Shown here in pieces: positions 1 through 10,025 of a stretch of DNA of 64,000 bases. Each line of letters begins with the position of its first letter. Position 1 is the stretch's first letter. The DNA comes from an uncultured Acidobacteriota bacterium (lineage in GTDB: Bacteria; Acidobacteriota; Thermoanaerobaculia; UBA5066; Gp7-AA6): assembly GCA_963764715.1 (NCBI GenBank), contig CAVXTP010000015.1, forward strand, positions 161,693 to 225,692. Direction: 5' to 3'. The notes under the pieces were generated by a model. The model did no database searches and was not told the DNA's origin. It worked only from the letters and a program-made list of their open reading frames with translations. A program made the position numbers and the translations under genes.

Positions 1-824
1 GAGGCGCCCTTGCCCGGGGCCGCGTCGCAGCGCGGCGTCTCCTTCAACCAGGCCCGGGTCGGTTCTCCCTCGAGGTCGAGGCAGGGCTTGAGGCCCGCGA
101 TCTCGCGGCGGACCGGCACGCCGAGGATCTGGAGATCGCCGCCGTAGTTGCACTGCACCAGGACCCCAACGGTGTAGGACGCGGAGCCCTTCTCCGCCAC
201 GACCCGCGACGAGGTGCCGATCCCGCCCTTGAACCCGTTGCAGATCATTCCCGTCCCGCCGCCAACCGCTCCCTCCGTCACGCGCCCGCCCTTCGCGGCG
301 TCGAGCGCCGCCCAGACGTGCTCGGGCTTGACGTACTGTCCGTTGGCGTCCGACAGCGAGTCGAACGTCTCCGAAACGATCGGGTACGTGAACTCGAACT
401 GCCGCCCCCGCGCGATCTCCCACTGGATCGCGGCGTCGCGCACGGTGCCCACGCTGTGCGTTCCCGTCAGCAGGATCGGGCCCTCGAGGAAACCCGACTC
501 CCTGATCCAGTTGACGCCGGTCATGTCGCCGTTGCCGTTCTGGTTGAAGGTCGCCGCCATCACGAAGTCCCAGTCGCCCTTCGGCCGCGTCAGGATCGCC
601 GTGACGCCCGTGCGCACCGGGCCCTGGCCGAGCACGACCCGGCCCTCGCCCGAGATCAGCGTCACGTGCGCGACGGCGACACCCTCGACGTCCGTGATCG
701 CGTTCTCCGGGCCCGTCTTTCCGGGAAACGGGATGCCGAGCTCCCGTCCGCGCGGCTTCGTCTGGGCCGCGAGGACTCCGGGAAGAAGCCACGCGAGCAG
801 GATCGCCCGGATGAAAACTTTCAT
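1..824 (-). CDS. DmpA/peptidase S58 (P1) family aminopeptidase, runs off the window end
   Basis: Hand translation MKVFIRAILLAW...RELGIPFPGKTGPENAITDVEGVAVAH...GPVRTGVTAI; GGAGGAG RBS. Confidence 0.85.
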   Translation of the reverse strand, partial: MKVFIRAILLAWLLPGVLAAQTKPRGRELGIPFPGKTGPENAITDVEGVAVAHVTLISGEGRVVLGQGPVRTGVTAILTRPKGDWDFVMAATFNQNGNGDMTGVNWIRESGFLEGPILLTGTHSVGTVRDAAIQWEIARGRQFEFTYPIVSETFDSLSDANGQYVKPEHVWAALDAAKGGRVTEGAVGGGTGMICNGFKGGIGTSSRVVAEKGSASYTVGVLVQCNYGGDLQILGVPVRREIAGLKPCLDLEGEPTRAWLKETPRCDAAPGKGA

Positions 825-1186
825 GACTCCTCCCCGGGGTCCGACCCGAATCGCAGCACGTTGCCGTCGGGGTCCTCGATCCGCATCTCGAGCGCCCACG
901 GGAAGCGCGTCGGCTCGAGCCGCACGACGGCGCCCCGCGCCGCGTACTCCCGGTGCAGGGCGCGCACGTCCTCGACGCCCACCCAGACCCACGCGCCGCC
1001 GCGTCCCTGGCCCGCCCGGCAGAGATAGATCCCGCGCCCGTCCCGTCCCACGAAGCGGAAGTCGTCGTTTCCCCAGGGCGCCTTCTCGAAGCCGAGCACC
1101 TCGACGTAGTAGGCGACGCTCCTCGCCATGTCCTCGACCCGGAGGATGGGATCGATGCACTCGAAGCGCTGCGGCCCCGAGGTCAT
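821..1186 (-). CDS. VOC/glyoxalase/bleomycin-resistance family protein
   Basis: PILRVEDMARSVAYY...EDPDGNVLRF; ATGA overlaps at both ends. Confidence 0.85.
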   Translation of the reverse strand: MTSGPQRFECIDPILRVEDMARSVAYYVEVLGFEKAPWGNDDFRFVGRDGRGIYLCRAGQGRGGAWVWVGVEDVRALHREYAARGAVVRLEPTRFPWALEMRIEDPDGNVLRFGSDPGEES

Positions 1187-1884
1187 CGCGGCCGGCGCTC
1201 CGGCTTCGGCAGAAACCGGAGGATCGCCGCGAGCGCCTTCGGTCCCTCCGGCGTGCCGAAGAGAAACTGGGCGTGAGCCGAGCCATCGAGGATCAGGAGC
1301 TCTTTGGGCTCCGGCGCCGCATCGTAGGACGCCCGGATGCCGGGCAGCCGCTTCTCGCCGCTTCCGTCGGCGTCGTCCCGGGCGACGATGAAGAGCTTCC
1401 GGCACGCGATCTTCTTCGGATCGCGGCCGGCCGACGCGCCGAGGAGCACGAGCGCGTCGATCTCCCCGGGCTTCGCCGCCGCCGCGGCGTTGCCGGCGGC
1501 GAACCCGCCAATGCTCGCGCCCACGACGGAGACCTTCGCCGCGCCCTGGCGCCGCAGGTACCGCACGGCCGCGAGCACGTCGTTCTGGAGGGGCGCGCTC
1601 ATCGGGTCGGCCTGGCCGGGACCGCGGGACCGGCCGTAGCCCCGGAAATCGAGGGCGAGCACGCGGTATCCGGCCCTGGCGAGAGCGCGCGCCTCCCCGG
1701 CCCAGCTCTCCTTGTCGAACCGCCCGCCGTGGGCGAGGACCACCGCGTCGCCTCCCGAGCCGTAGACGTCGGCGTAAACGCGCCCGCCGTCCTGCGTCTG
1801 GAACGAGACCGTCTCCTGCGCGCCGAGCGCCGCGGACAGGGCCGAGGCCAGGATCGCCGCGGCCGCGGCCCTCCGGCGGCGCAC
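1183..1884 (-). CDS. Secreted alpha/beta hydrolase
   Basis: Signal peptide; LAHGG, DFRGYGRS and GASIGG nucleophile motif. Confidence 0.85.
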   Translation of the reverse strand: MRRRRAAAAAILASALSAALGAQETVSFQTQDGGRVYADVYGSGGDAVVLAHGGRFDKESWAGEARALARAGYRVLALDFRGYGRSRGPGQADPMSAPLQNDVLAAVRYLRRQGAAKVSVVGASIGGFAAGNAAAAAKPGEIDALVLLGASAGRDPKKIACRKLFIVARDDADGSGEKRLPGIRASYDAAPEPKELLILDGSAHAQFLFGTPEGPKALAAILRFLPKPERRPR

Positions 1885-1888
1885 GTCC

Positions 1889-2134
1889 CTACTCCTCCGC
1901 GCTCTCCGCGAACAGGCGCTCGAGCGACGACTCGTCTTCGAGTCCCGCCTCCGCCCCCGGGCTGCTGTAGACCTCGACCTCCACGTGCCCGTCCGCGAAG
2001 AACTCGACCTCCCAGTGCTCGCCCGGCACCATGACCTCGACCATCACGGCTTCCCGGACGCTGTCGAGACGGAACGCCAGATTGGCGGCCCGAAGCCTCT
2101 CGATGAAGTCGATCACTTTCTGCAGCGGGTTCAT
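1889..2134 (-). CDS. Small acidic hypothetical protein
   Basis: 81-aa ORF with GAGGGGAG RBS; VPGEHWEVEFFADG. Confidence 0.7.
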   Translation of the reverse strand: MNPLQKVIDFIERLRAANLAFRLDSVREAVMVEVMVPGEHWEVEFFADGHVEVEVYSSPGAEAGLEDESSLERLFAESAEE

Positions 2135-2199
2135 CGTCGATCACTCCCCTCGTTTTGTCCCTACCCCGGCGGGAGAACGATAGCGCGAGACGGCCCGGT

Positions 2200-2895
2200 T
2201 CAGGTCAGCGGCAGCGCTCGAAACCATGTCGCGACGGGCACCCAGCGCGGCCCCTGGACCACCGTGAACCAGGCCACGTGCGCCAGCGGGAACGCCAGGG
2301 CGCCCGCGAGGAACCGGCGGCGCAGGCGCGGCGCGAGGGGCGGCCGCCAGAGGAGAGCGAGGAGGATCAGGTCCGTCGATCCGAAGGTGACGGCCTGGTA
2401 GAGGAGAGGACGCGGCAGGGGCGGGCCGTAATAGAAGAGCAGCCGGCCGACGACCGGGTCGATCAGCACGAGGCCGGTCCCGATCATGAACCGGGCGTGC
2501 AGGGCCTGCGTCTTCCGAAAGGCCATGGCGAGCGCGTAGGAGAGCCCGAAGAGGACGACGGCCGACAGCGGCAGGAAGAGGTTCGCCGCTTCCGAAGCGA
2601 ACCTCGCCTCGTCCATGGCGCGAAAGCGCGCGTGGGCGAGCAGCGTCGAGGCGACGAGAACGAGGGGCGCGATCCCGTAGGACAGCGCGCCGATCCTCCG
2701 GTGGAGGTCCCGGCGCCCGGCGCGGATGAGAAACGGCTGAACGATCAGCAGCCCGCACCACGCCGTCGCGACGATCGCGTGGAAATGGGTGTACGGATCG
2801 ATGGACTCGTTCAGGCGCCCGAGATATCGCGGCCAGAATGCGAAGCCGGCCGCGACGAGAAGCCCGGCGAACCAGTAGCCGCTAGACCGGAACAT
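2200..2895 (-). CDS. Multi-pass membrane protein, related to 29939..30697
   Basis: HFHAIVATAW...LIVQP...LHRRIG...HARFM. Confidence 0.75.
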   Translation of the reverse strand: MFRSSGYWFAGLLVAAGFAFWPRYLGRLNESIDPYTHFHAIVATAWCGLLIVQPFLIRAGRRDLHRRIGALSYGIAPLVLVASTLLAHARFRAMDEARFASEAANLFLPLSAVVLFGLSYALAMAFRKTQALHARFMIGTGLVLIDPVVGRLLFYYGPPLPRPLLYQAVTFGSTDLILLALLWRPPLAPRLRRRFLAGALAFPLAHVAWFTVVQGPRWVPVATWFRALPLT

Positions 2896-4351
2896 CGGCG
2901 TTCCAGAGAGGCGGCCGGCGCAGGTGCCAGTCGGTCGCGCGCTCGTAAGCCCGGGCGAGCGCGAGAATGCGCGGCTCCGAAAGCGGCGGGCCGCCGACGA
3001 GCAGTCCGATCGGCAGCCCCGAGCGCGAGAATCCGCACGGCAGCGAGATCGCCGGCAGGCCTCCCAGGCTGAACCCGAACGTGCACGCGGCCTGGGCGAA
3101 GGGATCGATCGCTTCGCGAATGGGGATCGGCAGCCCCGGCATCGTGGGGAGGACGACGAGGTCGACCTCGGTGAACGCTTCGTGGATCGATGCGCGGTGC
3201 CGCTCGAGCGCGCGCCGCAGGTCCGCGGCCGCAGCCTCGGACACGCCTCCCGAGGACGCATCCTTGCGGGTCCGCGGGTCGTAGCCCCCGGACGCCTCTT
3301 CCAGAAGCGGCCGGTGAAACGCGTACGACTCCGCGTCGATCAGGGCTCCGAGGTCCGGCATCGGCAGCTCCGACTCGCGAATCTGGCCGACGAGCGGCCG
3401 GAGAACCTCGATCGCCGCGGCGACCGCGGCCGCGACCTCCGGCTCGACGTGCGCGTCGCAGACGTCGCCGGTCGTGTGGAGCACGCCGACGCGCAGGCCC
3501 GCGATCGCCGGAAGAGCCTCCGGGTCGCACTGCGCCGCGACCGGATGATTCGTCATCGCCCGGAACATCCGCGCCGCGTCCTCGACCGTGCGGCACAACG
3601 GCCCGACGTGGTCGAAGGAGGGTGATACCGGGACGGTGCCCCGCGCGCTGACGACCCCGAAGGTGGGCTTGAGGCCGACGATCCCGCAGCAGGACGCGGG
3701 AATGCGAATCGAGCCTCCCGTGTCCGTGCCGACCGACCCGAAGCAGAGACCCGCCGCGACGGCGGCGCCGGAGCCGCCCGAAGAGCCGCCGGCCACGCGC
3801 TCGAGGTCCCACGGGTTGTGCACGGGACCGTAGTGGCTGATCGCCGACGTCGTGCCCATCGCGAACTCGTGCATGTTGAGCTTGCCGAGGAACACGGCGC
3901 CCGCTTCCTTCAGCCGGAGGATCACCTCCGCGTCCTCGGCCGGAATGCGATCCGCGAAGACCGCGCTCGCGGCCGTCGTGCGCACGCCGGCCGTGTCGAC
4001 GTTGTCCTTGACGGCGATCGGAATGCCGTGCAGCGGGCCGCGCCAGCGCCCCCGGCCCACCTCCTCCTCGGCCCGGCGCGCCTCGGCGAGCGCCGACTCC
4101 CGCGTCACCGTGATGAAGGCGTCGAGCTTCGGGTCGAGCCTCTCGATCCGGTCGAGGCAGGCGCGCGTCAGCTCGACCGGGGAGACCGCGCGCTCCCGCA
4201 CCGCGCGCGCCGCCCCGGTGAGATCGAGCAGGGCCGGATCGCCCGCCGGGCCGCGCTTCCGGGAGCAGCCGAGCGTCCCGAGCAGGACGGCGCCCGAGCC
4301 CGCCGCGAGCCCGGCGATCACGTTCCGCCGGGAGAGAACCCGCTCGGTTAC
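2882..4351 (-). CDS. Amidase-signature family enzyme with Tat-like signal; start codon uncertain
   Basis: SRRNVI twin-arginine; GIPIAVKD, GGSSGGS, GTDTGGSIRIPAS; expected start reads GTA. Confidence 0.85.
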   Translation of the reverse strand, partial: VTERVLSRRNVIAGLAAGSGAVLLGTLGCSRKRGPAGDPALLDLTGAARAVRERAVSPVELTRACLDRIERLDPKLDAFITVTRESALAEARRAEEEVGRGRWRGPLHGIPIAVKDNVDTAGVRTTAASAVFADRIPAEDAEVILRLKEAGAVFLGKLNMHEFAMGTTSAISHYGPVHNPWDLERVAGGSSGGSGAAVAAGLCFGSVGTDTGGSIRIPASCCGIVGLKPTFGVVSARGTVPVSPSFDHVGPLCRTVEDAARMFRAMTNHPVAAQCDPEALPAIAGLRVGVLHTTGDVCDAHVEPEVAAAVAAAIEVLRPLVGQIRESELPMPDLGALIDAESYAFHRPLLEEASGGYDPRTRKDASSGGVSEAAAADLRRALERHRASIHEAFTEVDLVVLPTMPGLPIPIREAIDPFAQAACTFGFSLGGLPAISLPCGFSRSGLPIGLLVGGPPLSEPRILALARAYERATDWHLRRPPLWNADVPV

Positions 4352-4782
4352 GGCGTCCCCGCGCCCGGAAGGGAAACGGCCCACTCCTTCAGAAGCGCCG
4401 CGTCCTCGGCCGACAGCGCGGCCTCCCGGTGCATGGCCACGTAGAACCACGGAGGCATCTCGCCTTTCGCGACCTGCTCCTGGATCTCCTTCGCCTTCCG
4501 CGCCCGGCGCTTCTCCGCGTACAGGTTCCACGTCGAGAAGTTCAGCTCCTTGCGCCCTTCGCGCACGTCGCGCGCGACGAGCCAAGAGACCGGCGCCACC
4601 CGGCTGTACCAGGGCCAGACGCTCTCGTTGGAGTGACAGTCGTAGCAGGCGCGCCGCAGGACCGCGCGCACGTTCTCCGGCGCCGGGAACTCCGTCTCGA
4701 CCGGCGGGCTCGCCCGATCGACGGGAACGAGCTGGATGGCGACGATCGCGACGACGAGGCCGAGCAACCCCTTCTTCAGCAC
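4348..4782 (-). CDS. Haem-binding (cytochrome c-type) domain protein
   Basis: CYDCHSN...WPWY...GEMPP. Confidence 0.85.
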   Translation of the reverse strand: MLKKGLLGLVVAIVAIQLVPVDRASPPVETEFPAPENVRAVLRRACYDCHSNESVWPWYSRVAPVSWLVARDVREGRKELNFSTWNLYAEKRRARKAKEIQEQVAKGEMPPWFYVAMHREAALSAEDAALLKEWAVSLPGAGTP

Positions 4783-4997
4783 GTCCTTCCGAAACGTTCC
4801 CTTCACGAGCCGCCTCCCGCTTCCGTTCGCTTCGCCGGGCCGGCCTTTCGGCGTGGCGCGGCGAGCGTCAACGCCGCATACGCTACCAGCCCCCGGAGGA
4901 GGGCGCTCGGCGCGGTCGCGAGCCGGAGCCTTTCTCCTTCCGCAGGCAGAGTTTACGGTCACGGCGCACCCCCGCTCGAAGGCGGGCGATTTGAGGC

Positions 4998-5027
4998 TTG
5001 ACGCGCGCCTCTTCCGGCCTGTATATT
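4998..5027 (+). promoter_or_regulatory. Putative sigma70 promoter for a leaderless ArsR gene
   Basis: TTGACG-18bp-TATATT shortly before ATG 5039. Confidence 0.5.
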
Positions 5028-5038
5028 ACCGTTCTGTT

Positions 5039-5410
5039 ATGGAACTAAATAGTTATGTAAGCCCGACTCCCGGATCGCTCGACGCCACGTTCGCGGCGCT
5101 GGCGGACCCGACCCGCCGCGCGATCCTCGCCCGGCTCGCGGAGGGCGAGGCGTCCGTGACGGAGCTCGCCGCGCCCTTCCGAATGAGCCAGCCCGCGATC
5201 TCGAAGCACCTCAAGGTGCTCGAGCGCGCCGGCCTCGTCTCGACCGGACGCGACGCGCAGCGCCGCCCCCGGCGGCTCGAGGCGCAGCCCCTCGCCGCGG
5301 CCACGCAGTGGATCGAGGCTCTCGAGGGCAGCTTCCAGCGCCTCGATGCCCTGCTCGACGAGCTCAAAGCCACCCGGCCGAAACGCGATCCCAACGAAGG
5401 CAAGAAATAG
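5039..5410 (+). CDS. ArsR/SmtB family regulator
   Basis: FAALADPTRRAIL...SQPAISKHLKVLERAGLV. Confidence 0.9.
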   Translation: MELNSYVSPTPGSLDATFAALADPTRRAILARLAEGEASVTELAAPFRMSQPAISKHLKVLERAGLVSTGRDAQRRPRRLEAQPLAAATQWIEALEGSFQRLDALLDELKATRPKRDPNEGKK

Positions 5411-5422
5411 AGGAGCGTGCCC

Positions 5423-5920
5423 ATGACGAACTTCGGAAAACTGAAAGTCGACACGCCGAGCGACCGCGAGATCCGCATCACGCGCGTCTTCGAAGCTCCG
5501 CGTCCCCTCGTCTTCGACTGCTGGACGAAGCCCGAGCTTCTCCGGCGCTGGCTGACGGGGCCGCCCGGGTGGTCCTTCGTCGTCTGCGAGGTCGACCTGC
5601 GCGTCGGCGGCGCCTACCGCTTCGTCTGGCGCGGCCCGGACGGGACCGAGATGGGGATGGGCGGCGTCCATCGCGAGGTCGTGCCCCCGGAGCGGATCGT
5701 CAACACGCAGCTCTTCGACCAGGACTGGACGGGAGGCGAGGCCGTCGGGACCCTCCTCCTCTCCGAGAAGGACGGGCGCACCACCGCGACGAACACCATC
5801 CTCTATTCCTCGAAGGCCGCGCGGGACGGCGCCCTGAAGTCCGGCATGGAGCAGGGCATGGAGGCCGGCTACGCGAGGCTCGACGAGCTGCTGGCGCAGA
5901 AACGCTCCGCGAAGAACTGA
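5423..5920 (+). CDS. SRPBCC/AHSA1 domain protein
   Basis: ITRVFEAPRPLVFDCWTKPELL...DLRVGG. Confidence 0.9.
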   Translation: MTNFGKLKVDTPSDREIRITRVFEAPRPLVFDCWTKPELLRRWLTGPPGWSFVVCEVDLRVGGAYRFVWRGPDGTEMGMGGVHREVVPPERIVNTQLFDQDWTGGEAVGTLLLSEKDGRTTATNTILYSSKAARDGALKSGMEQGMEAGYARLDELLAQKRSAKN

Positions 5921-5956
5921 GCTCTTTCACAACCTTTTTTTCGAGGAGAACCGACC

Positions 5957-6412
5957 GTGCAGAAGATCACCCCGTTCCTGTGGTTCGACGGAAAGGCCGA
6001 GGAGGCCGTGAATTTCTACGTCTCCGTCTTCAAGAACTCGAAGATCGTGAGCGTCAGCCGCGGGCCCGACGGCGGCGTCTTTCACATCACCTTCCGCCTC
6101 GAAGGCCAGGACTTCCAGGCCTTGAACGGCGGCCCCAGGTTCAAGTTCACCGAAGCCCTCTCGCTCTACGTCGACTGCGCCGATCAGGCCGAAGTCGACG
6201 CGCTCTGGGAGAAGCTCTCGTCGGGAGGCGAGATCCAGATGTGCGGCTGGCTCAAGGACCGGTTCGGCCTCTCCTGGCAGATCATTCCCTCGGCGCTCGG
6301 CAGGCTGATGGGGGACAAGGACCCCGCAAAGGCCGGGCGCGTCATGCAGGCCATGCTCCAGATGAAGAAGCTCGACGTCGCGAAGCTCCAGCAGGCGTAC
6401 GACGGACGATGA
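5957..6412 (+). CDS. PhnB-like VOC family protein
   Basis: QKITPFLWF...ALNGGP...[14 protein letters not shown]. Confidence 0.9.
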   Translation: MQKITPFLWFDGKAEEAVNFYVSVFKNSKIVSVSRGPDGGVFHITFRLEGQDFQALNGGPRFKFTEALSLYVDCADQAEVDALWEKLSSGGEIQMCGWLKDRFGLSWQIIPSALGRLMGDKDPAKAGRVMQAMLQMKKLDVAKLQQAYDGR

Positions 6413-7278
6413 GCCTCTCGGCCAGGCGCGGCGGCCGGGCCGCACCGGAGGCGTCCGTCGACGAGCGCGTCCGCTCGTGCCTCCGGTGGCTCGAGCGGCA
6501 CGCCACCCGGAAGACCCGCGAGGCGATGGCCCGCTACGGCCTTCCCTCGGACCACGCCCTCGGGGTGTCGATGAAGGACATCCAGGCGCTCGCGAAAGAA
6601 GTCGGCCGCGACCACGCGCTCGCCGCCGGCCTCTGGAAGACGGGCGTCTACGAGGCCCGCATGCTGACGTCGTTCGTCGACGAGCCGGCGCGCGTCACCG
6701 CGGCGCAGATGGACCGCTGGTGCCGCGCCTTCGACAACTGGGGCATCTGCGACACGCTCTGCTTCAACCTCTTCGACCGCACGCCGCACGCGTGGTCCCG
6801 CGTCGCGGCCTGGAGCGGGAAGCCCGCAGAGTTCGTCAAGCGCGCCGCCTATGCCCTGCTCTGGAGCCTCAGCGTCCACGACAAGACGGCGGGCGACGCG
6901 CGGTTCCTCGACGGCCTCGCCCGCATCGAGCGGGCCGCGGTCGACGAGCGCCACTTCGTCTCCAGGGCCGTGAACATGGCCCTCCGCGCGATCGGCAAGC
7001 GCAACCCCGCCCTCCATGCCGCCGCGGTCGAGTCGGCCCGCCGCCTCGCCGGCTCCCCGAACGCGTCCGCGCGATGGGTCGGCAAGGACGCGCTGCGGGA
7101 GCTCAGCGGGCCCTCCGTGATGCGGCGGATCGAGGCGAGCCGGGCCAAGCCGGCGCGCGAGCTTCAGTTCGCCCTCACGGGGCGGGCGACATCGCCAGCA
7201 CCAGCGGCGCGTCCTGGCCGTCGCCGGAAACCTCGAGCGCCATCTCGACGGTCTCGTATCCGGCGCGGCACGTCTTGA
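6409..7278 (+). CDS. DNA alkylation repair (AlkD-like) protein
   Basis: [10 protein letters not shown]...FDNWGICD...[13 protein letters not shown]. Confidence 0.85.
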   Translation: MSLSARRGGRAAPEASVDERVRSCLRWLERHATRKTREAMARYGLPSDHALGVSMKDIQALAKEVGRDHALAAGLWKTGVYEARMLTSFVDEPARVTAAQMDRWCRAFDNWGICDTLCFNLFDRTPHAWSRVAAWSGKPAEFVKRAAYALLWSLSVHDKTAGDARFLDGLARIERAAVDERHFVSRAVNMALRAIGKRNPALHAAAVESARRLAGSPNASARWVGKDALRELSGPSVMRRIEASRAKPARELQFALTGRATSPAPAARPGRRRKPRAPSRRSRIRRGTS

Positions 7279-7594
7279 GGAGGTAGCCTCCCGACGGAAC
7301 GCCGCCGACGACGAAGCGGCCGGTCCCGTCGCTCGTCGCCTGGTAGACCGACGTGGCCGCGTCCTCCGCGATCAGGACGACCGCCACGCCCGGAAGCGAA
7401 CGCTCGGACGAATCGACCGTGCGGCCGGCCACGACCCTCACGGCGGTTCCGGGCAGGCGCACCGAGACGCGGCCCCGGCAGAGGAGTGCGGCGTTGCGCG
7501 CGCTGCCCGTCAGTGCGCGCGAGGACGACGCGCAGCCCCCCGCCGCGAGGCCGACCGCGAGAAAGCAGGCCGCCCGGCGGCCGGCGCGCCGCAC
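7175..7594 (-). CDS. Lipoprotein with carboxypeptidase-regulatory-like domain
   Basis: Lipobox-like AGGC; LPGVAV...TSDGTGRF...GY. Confidence 0.6.
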   Translation of the reverse strand: MRRAGRRAACFLAVGLAAGGCASSSRALTGSARNAALLCRGRVSVRLPGTAVRVVAGRTVDSSERSLPGVAVVLIAEDAATSVYQATSDGTGRFVVGGVPSGGYLLKTCRAGYETVEMALEVSGDGQDAPLVLAMSPAP

Positions 7595-7626
7595 CCTGGC
7601 GTCCGGACGGAGCGGCCGCGGCCGGG

Positions 7627-8058
7627 TCAGGGCCGGACGTGCGCGATCCACTGGCGGAGGACCTTCCGGAAGGCGGCGCGCCGGAACTCGATCTCCTTCC
7701 CGTCGCGGAACCGGACCGAGGCGCGGTCCGGCCCCAGCCACTCGAGCAGCGAGTCGGGGTCCGCGATCGCGGCGCGCGGGCTCGCTCCGTCCCGTTTCTT
7801 CGCGCCGAGGTGGAGGATGAGCTGCACTCCCTCCGGCGCCCGCAGATGGAACGTCGCGAAGTACTCCGAGGTGCGAAAGCTCGGCGCGTTCCACTTGATC
7901 CCCTCGGAAATCTTCGGGTCGGCGTCGAGGATGATCTTCCGGACGGCCCGGATCTCCGCCACCCGCGGGTGATCGAGAGCCGCGAGAAAGGCCTCGACCT
8001 CTCCGTCCCCGGCCGACCCTTTCGCGCCGGACCGGCTTCTCGTGCTCTTCCCCCTCAT
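7627..8058 (-). CDS. DUF1801 family protein
   Basis: EGIKWNAPSF. Confidence 0.8.
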   Translation of the reverse strand: MRGKSTRSRSGAKGSAGDGEVEAFLAALDHPRVAEIRAVRKIILDADPKISEGIKWNAPSFRTSEYFATFHLRAPEGVQLILHLGAKKRDGASPRAAIADPDSLLEWLGPDRASVRFRDGKEIEFRRAAFRKVLRQWIAHVRP

Positions 8059-8071
8059 GGCGCCTCCCGCC

Positions 8072-8674
8072 TCAAGTGCGTTGCCCGCGCCGCTTCCGGG
8101 CGGGGGCCTCGGCGACCTCGCGCGCCCGCGCCGTCCACTGCCAGACGCCGCCCGCGATCTCCACCGGGAGCCGGCCGAGCTGCCGCGCGATCAGGATGAT
8201 CTGTCCGCGGTGGTGGGCCTCGTGCGCCGCGAAGTACGCCAGGACGTGCGCGACGTCGAGCGGGAGGTTGCGCCAGACGTAGGCGCGGGTCGCGGGGATC
8301 CGCCCACCGCTGGCGAGGCCGAGCTCGAGAAGCGCGCGGATCCCGGCGCCGCTCCGGGGGAACGCGGCGAGAAGGTCCTTGCGGCGGACGCGCTGCTTGT
8401 CGACGCTCTCGGGTATTGCGACTCCGTTCTCGCGGCCGAGCGTCCGAGTCCAGGAGCGCCGGCTGTTGTGGAGGTGGGCCCCGATCGCGCGGATCGAGCG
8501 GCGCGGCAAGCCCGGAACGGGAGCCTCCCAGAGCTCGTCCGTCAGGTTCTCGAAGAGGAAGCTCGTGACGCGAACGTTCGTGTCCCACGCCGTGAGAATC
8601 GCCTGCCCCGGATCTTCCGGCGGCCGGCCGGGATCCTCGCCGCGCCGCGCCCGGCGGCCGGAGGGCTCACGCAT
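8072..8674 (-). CDS. DinB family protein
   Basis: HLHN...HEAHHRGQ. Confidence 0.8.
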   Translation of the reverse strand: MREPSGRRARRGEDPGRPPEDPGQAILTAWDTNVRVTSFLFENLTDELWEAPVPGLPRRSIRAIGAHLHNSRRSWTRTLGRENGVAIPESVDKQRVRRKDLLAAFPRSGAGIRALLELGLASGGRIPATRAYVWRNLPLDVAHVLAYFAAHEAHHRGQIILIARQLGRLPVEIAGGVWQWTARAREVAEAPARKRRGQRT

Positions 8675-8785
8675 GCGCTCCTCCTCCCGACCCGCGCACC
8701 GGCTCTCCGAACGTGATCCAGAGGCCGTTGAGGTTCCGGATGACGAAGTCGTGACGCCTGGTCATTGCGAGCTCTCCCTTTCCGA

Positions 8786-9202
8786 TCAAGGGTCGCTTCG
8801 TTCCCACGGCACCCGCGCGACGGCCACTCCCGTGCGGACGGTGCTCTGTACTTCCGCGACGGCGTCGGTCAGGCGCAGGAGGTCGGCGATGTCGGCCTCC
8901 GACGCTGGCGAGGACACCCGCGCGCGGTACGTGATGTTGGAGGCGGCGACGCCCTCGCTCGCGAACTCGGCCCGGGCCTCGACTTCCACGGCCTCCAGCG
9001 GAACGTTCCGGCGCCCGGCTTCGCGGTAGAGATCGTTGCAGTAGCAGGTCGCCAGCGCGAGGAGCAGGAGCTCGCCGCCGCTGACGGCCGAGCCCCGGCC
9101 CTCGCCTCTCGGGGGAAGCGCCACGGGTCGCGCGACACCGGCCGTGCCGACCCACGCTTCGTGGGACGCGCCGTCGTTCCGGACCCGGGCCGCGATCAGC
9201 AT
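8786..9202 (-). CDS. OsmC family protein
   Basis: GGELLLLALATC. Confidence 0.8.
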   Translation of the reverse strand: MLIAARVRNDGASHEAWVGTAGVARPVALPPRGEGRGSAVSGGELLLLALATCYCNDLYREAGRRNVPLEAVEVEARAEFASEGVAASNITYRARVSSPASEADIADLLRLTDAVAEVQSTVRTGVAVARVPWERSDP

Positions 9203-9209
9203 TCTCGGG

Positions 9210-9374
9210 CTACCCCACCAATGACGACCGCCGCTTGAAGTACTGCACGGCGCGCTCGTGCCGTTCCGCCGCCGCCCGATTCTCGAACGTTCCGAGGTTG
9301 CGCCGCTTGCCGGTCTTCGGATCTTTCTTGCGGGAGTACAACCGGTACTGGCCGGACTTGAGCTTTCGGATCAT
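9210..9374 (-). CDS. Small basic protein, 54 aa, not in the ORF track
   Basis: MIRKLKSGQYRLYSRKKDPKTGKRRNLGTF...; GAGGAG RBS. Confidence 0.7.
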   Translation of the reverse strand: MIRKLKSGQYRLYSRKKDPKTGKRRNLGTFENRAAAERHERAVQYFKRRSSLVG

Positions 9375-9452
9375 CGCCGCCGCTCCTCGAACGAACCCAC
9401 CGAATCCTAACCGCGGCCGACCCGGTTCATTCCGCCCAATCGCCGTGCGGCC

Positions 9453-10025
9453 TCAGGCCGGGACGTAGCTCGCGAGGACGACCCCTTTGGACGTCGCCCG
9501 GCTCTCGACGAGCCGGAGCGCCGCCGGGGGCCCGCCGTCGGCGAAGAGGCGGCGCCCCGAGCCGAGAACGAGCGGGTGGATCAGGAGCAGGTACTGGTCG
9601 ACGAGGTTGCGCCGCATGAGCGAGCGAACGAGCTCGCCGCTGCCGAAGACCAGGAGGTCCGGGCCCGAGCCCCGGCGGATTTCCGCGACCGAGTCCCCGG
9701 CATCGCCCGGAAGATGCGTCGAGTTCATCCAGGGCAGCGGCTCCTTCAAGGTCCGGGACGCCACGTACTTCGGCATGTTGTTGAGGATCTCGGTGAAGGG
9801 GTTGTCTTTTCGCCCGGGCCAGACGGCGTAGAAGTCCTCGTAGGTCCTCCGGCCGAAGAGCAGGGCGCCGGCCTCCCCCATGGCGCCTCCGGCCTCCTGC
9901 ATCGCGGCGAACGGCGCGGCCCAGCCTCCGTGCTCGAAGCCTCCGCGGCGGTCCTCGTCCGGACGGCCCGGCGCCTGCATGACTCCGTCGAGCGTCAGGT
10001 TCGTGAAGACGCAGACCTTGCTCAT
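9453..10025 (-). CDS. DHFR-like (RibD C-terminal) protein
   Basis: TLDGVMQAPG...LLFGRRTY...GSG. Confidence 0.85.
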   Translation of the reverse strand: MSKVCVFTNLTLDGVMQAPGRPDEDRRGGFEHGGWAAPFAAMQEAGGAMGEAGALLFGRRTYEDFYAVWPGRKDNPFTEILNNMPKYVASRTLKEPLPWMNSTHLPGDAGDSVAEIRRGSGPDLLVFGSGELVRSLMRRNLVDQYLLLIHPLVLGSGRRLFADGGPPAALRLVESRATSKGVVLASYVPA